IMG/VR virus record: IMGVR_UViG_2663762992_000005
DNA length: 27,542 bases
Strand: one strand, 5' to 3'
Source: a virus
Taxonomy: Duplodnaviria; Heunggongvirae; Uroviricota; Caudoviricetes
Shown here: one piece after another, positions 26,263-27,542 of the stretch
Position numbering within the stretch: position 1 is the first letter of the stretch
How the letters are laid out: the number at the start of each line of letters is the position of its first letter
The notes under the pieces: model-generated
Databases searched by the model: none
What the model saw: only the letters and a program-made list of their open reading frames with translations
What the model was told of the DNA's origin: nothing
Position numbers and translations under genes: made by a program

Positions 26263-26505
26263 TTAAGCTGCTGAATCTGCAGACTTTTGGAAAACATCAG
26301 GACGCAGTCTTTCTTTTGGGATGCCAGTAACGCTCTCAATGTACTGAGATTGCTTTATTGGCGACCTTTTTTCTCTGTTGAGCCAGTTCCATACCTGTTG
26401 TTGTTTAACTTCCTTCCCGGAACTTGCAGTTAGTTTCCGGGCTAACTCAGACTGGCCACCAGCAGTTTCAATTGCCTCTGAAAGGGCTAACTGCTCAGGT
26501 GTCAT
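26263..26505 (-). CDS. cro: Cro-like / YdaS-family HTH regulator
   Basis: 80 aa from the ATG at 26503-26505 (AGGAG upstream); sequence GGQSELARKL...VWNWL...IP resembles Cro/YdaS HTH proteins; divergent from the repressor gene. Confidence 0.65.
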   Translation of the reverse strand: MTPEQLALSEAIETAGGQSELARKLTASSGKEVKQQQVWNWLNREKRSPIKQSQYIESVTGIPKERLRPDVFQKSADSAA

Positions 26506-26526
26506 AGTTTTTCTCCTGTGGTTTGA

Positions 26527-26645
26527 GGTAAAAGTTGTTGGCACCATTGATCATACAACCTAAACAACTTTTACCACAACTTTTAGGTGTTGGAAAGCTA
26601 AAACATAAAGTTGTAATCTCTCCTAATACAGGGGGTAAAGTTGTG
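26527..26645. promoter_or_regulatory. Operator/promoter region between cro and cI with five copies of the half-site TAAAGTTGT / ACAACTTTA
   Basis: Copies at 26529-26538 (+), 26564-26573 (-), 26577-26586 (-), 26606-26614 (+) and 26636-26644 (+); the first two form a 13-bp inverted repeat GGTAAAAGTTGTT...AACAACTTTTACC. Confidence 0.5.
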
Positions 26646-27329
26646 AATACACTTGCGGAACGACTAAAAATAGCTAGAGAGAAGAAAGGCATGAGCCAGG
26701 CTCAGTTAGCCGAGCTAATAGGCCTGTCTCAACAATCTGTGGCGAAAATTGAAAATGGAGATACGCTTCAACCTAGAAAGATCAAAGATATTGCGAAAGC
26801 TTTAGATGTATCCCAAAAATGGCTACAGCTCGGAATTGAGGAGAATGGCTCTATTTCTGATTTTGTAGTTGAGGAACTTGAAGAAGCAAAACTTGATCCT
26901 GAAGTATTTGCCAACATACCCGTTCTCGATGTTGAGTTCTCTGCTGGCAATGGATGTGAAGCCGAAATTGTGGAATCAGTTGTTGATTCGTTCCCTCTTC
27001 GTCGTTTCGATCTTAGAAAAGCTGGAGTCAGTCCTGCTAACGCAAGAATCGTAAAGATTTGGGGCAACAGCCTTTTGCCAGTATTGAATAATGGGGATCA
27101 TGTCGCGATTGACATGTCACAGTCGAAACCTATCAGAGATGGTGATTTATACGCTGTTAGAGATGGAGTTTTACTTCGAGTTAAAGTTCTTATCAATCAA
27201 CCAGATGGTGGTTTGATACTGCGGAGTTTCAACAAAGAAGAGTACCCGGATGAAGTACTCAACTTTGATGAAAGAAGAGCCAGAATACACGTTATTGGTC
27301 GCGTGTTCTGGTCTTCACGTTCATGGTAG
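26643..27329 (+). CDS. cI: CI-like repressor (N-terminal HTH, C-terminal S24 LexA-like peptidase domain)
   Basis: [26 protein letters not shown] preceded by helix 1; C-terminal domain with GNSLLP (Ser) and a downstream Lys as in LexA/CI autocleavage domains. Probable GTG start at 26643 with GGGGG 7 nt upstream. Confidence 0.8.
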
Positions 27330-27542
27330 AGCGTGAAAAAGCATTTCTTCTGAAATGATTTTTAACTTAGCCCCTTCATCATCTCTATATGAGACTGCTT
27401 TTTCTATTTTCGACGGAGACAGGATCCAGCCCAGCGCACCGAACACCGCCGTCAGCCCCAGCACAATGCCGATACCCGGAAGAATGTATTTGCTGACACC
27501 AGCACCGGTCAGGCTGTTGGTTAAGGTATAGAGAACCGCGTC
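27321..27542 (-). CDS. Partial ORF, C-terminal end of a membrane protein convergent with cI (start lies beyond window end)
   Basis: Minus-strand frame open from the window end to TGA at 27321-27323; hand translation ends ...[55 protein letters not shown], including a TM-like segment. Confidence 0.35.

Noticed and set aside
26378-27067. ORFs 26378-26563 (+), 26495-26692 (-), 26768-27067 (-), 26869-27054 (+)
   Set aside because: Antisense or alternative-frame to the Cro-like and CI-like genes or lying across the operator region.

Overview
This window reads as a segment of a lambdoid prophage with an HK97-like head/packaging module, lying in inverted orientation: almost all phage genes are on the minus strand. 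No tool was run; every family name below comes from motifs I recognise by eye and needs confirmation by HMM or BLAST search. Coordinates were checked against the supplied ORF track and by hand-reading start and stop codons.

From right to left the order is:
- **Immunity region:** a CI-like repressor (+) and a Cro-like gene (-) flanking a repeat-rich operator region.
- **Early/replication genes:** a possible CII-like regulator, an O-like replication initiator carrying five 22-bp-periodic iterons, an adenine methyltransferase fusion, RusA, Rha and a DUF968-like protein.
- **Late control and lysis:** a Q-like gene with a tR'-like terminator, then holin, a second membrane protein, a GH19 endolysin and overlapped spanins.
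- **Packaging and head:** HNH endonuclease, TerS, TerL, portal, S49-like protease and an HK97-type capsid.
- **Tail:** head-tail connector proteins, tail tube, G/G-T chaperone with a recognisable -1 frameshift heptamer, tape measure and an M-like protein.

The tail module stops after M; in place of the distal tail genes there is a truncated signal-peptide ORF and the start of an IS3-family transposase, so the prophage is probably defective.

The best candidates for an undescribed system are the AT-rich inserts around the lysis cassette. These are a two-gene unit with its own promoter and terminator (13781-14606), a plus-strand zinc-ribbon protein with a DUF4145/HEPN-like C-terminus (15285-15941), a plus-strand two-TM protein (17730-18392) and a 283-aa orphan (18612-19463). 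None has a function I can assign from sequence alone. No tRNA, rRNA or CRISPR array was seen.
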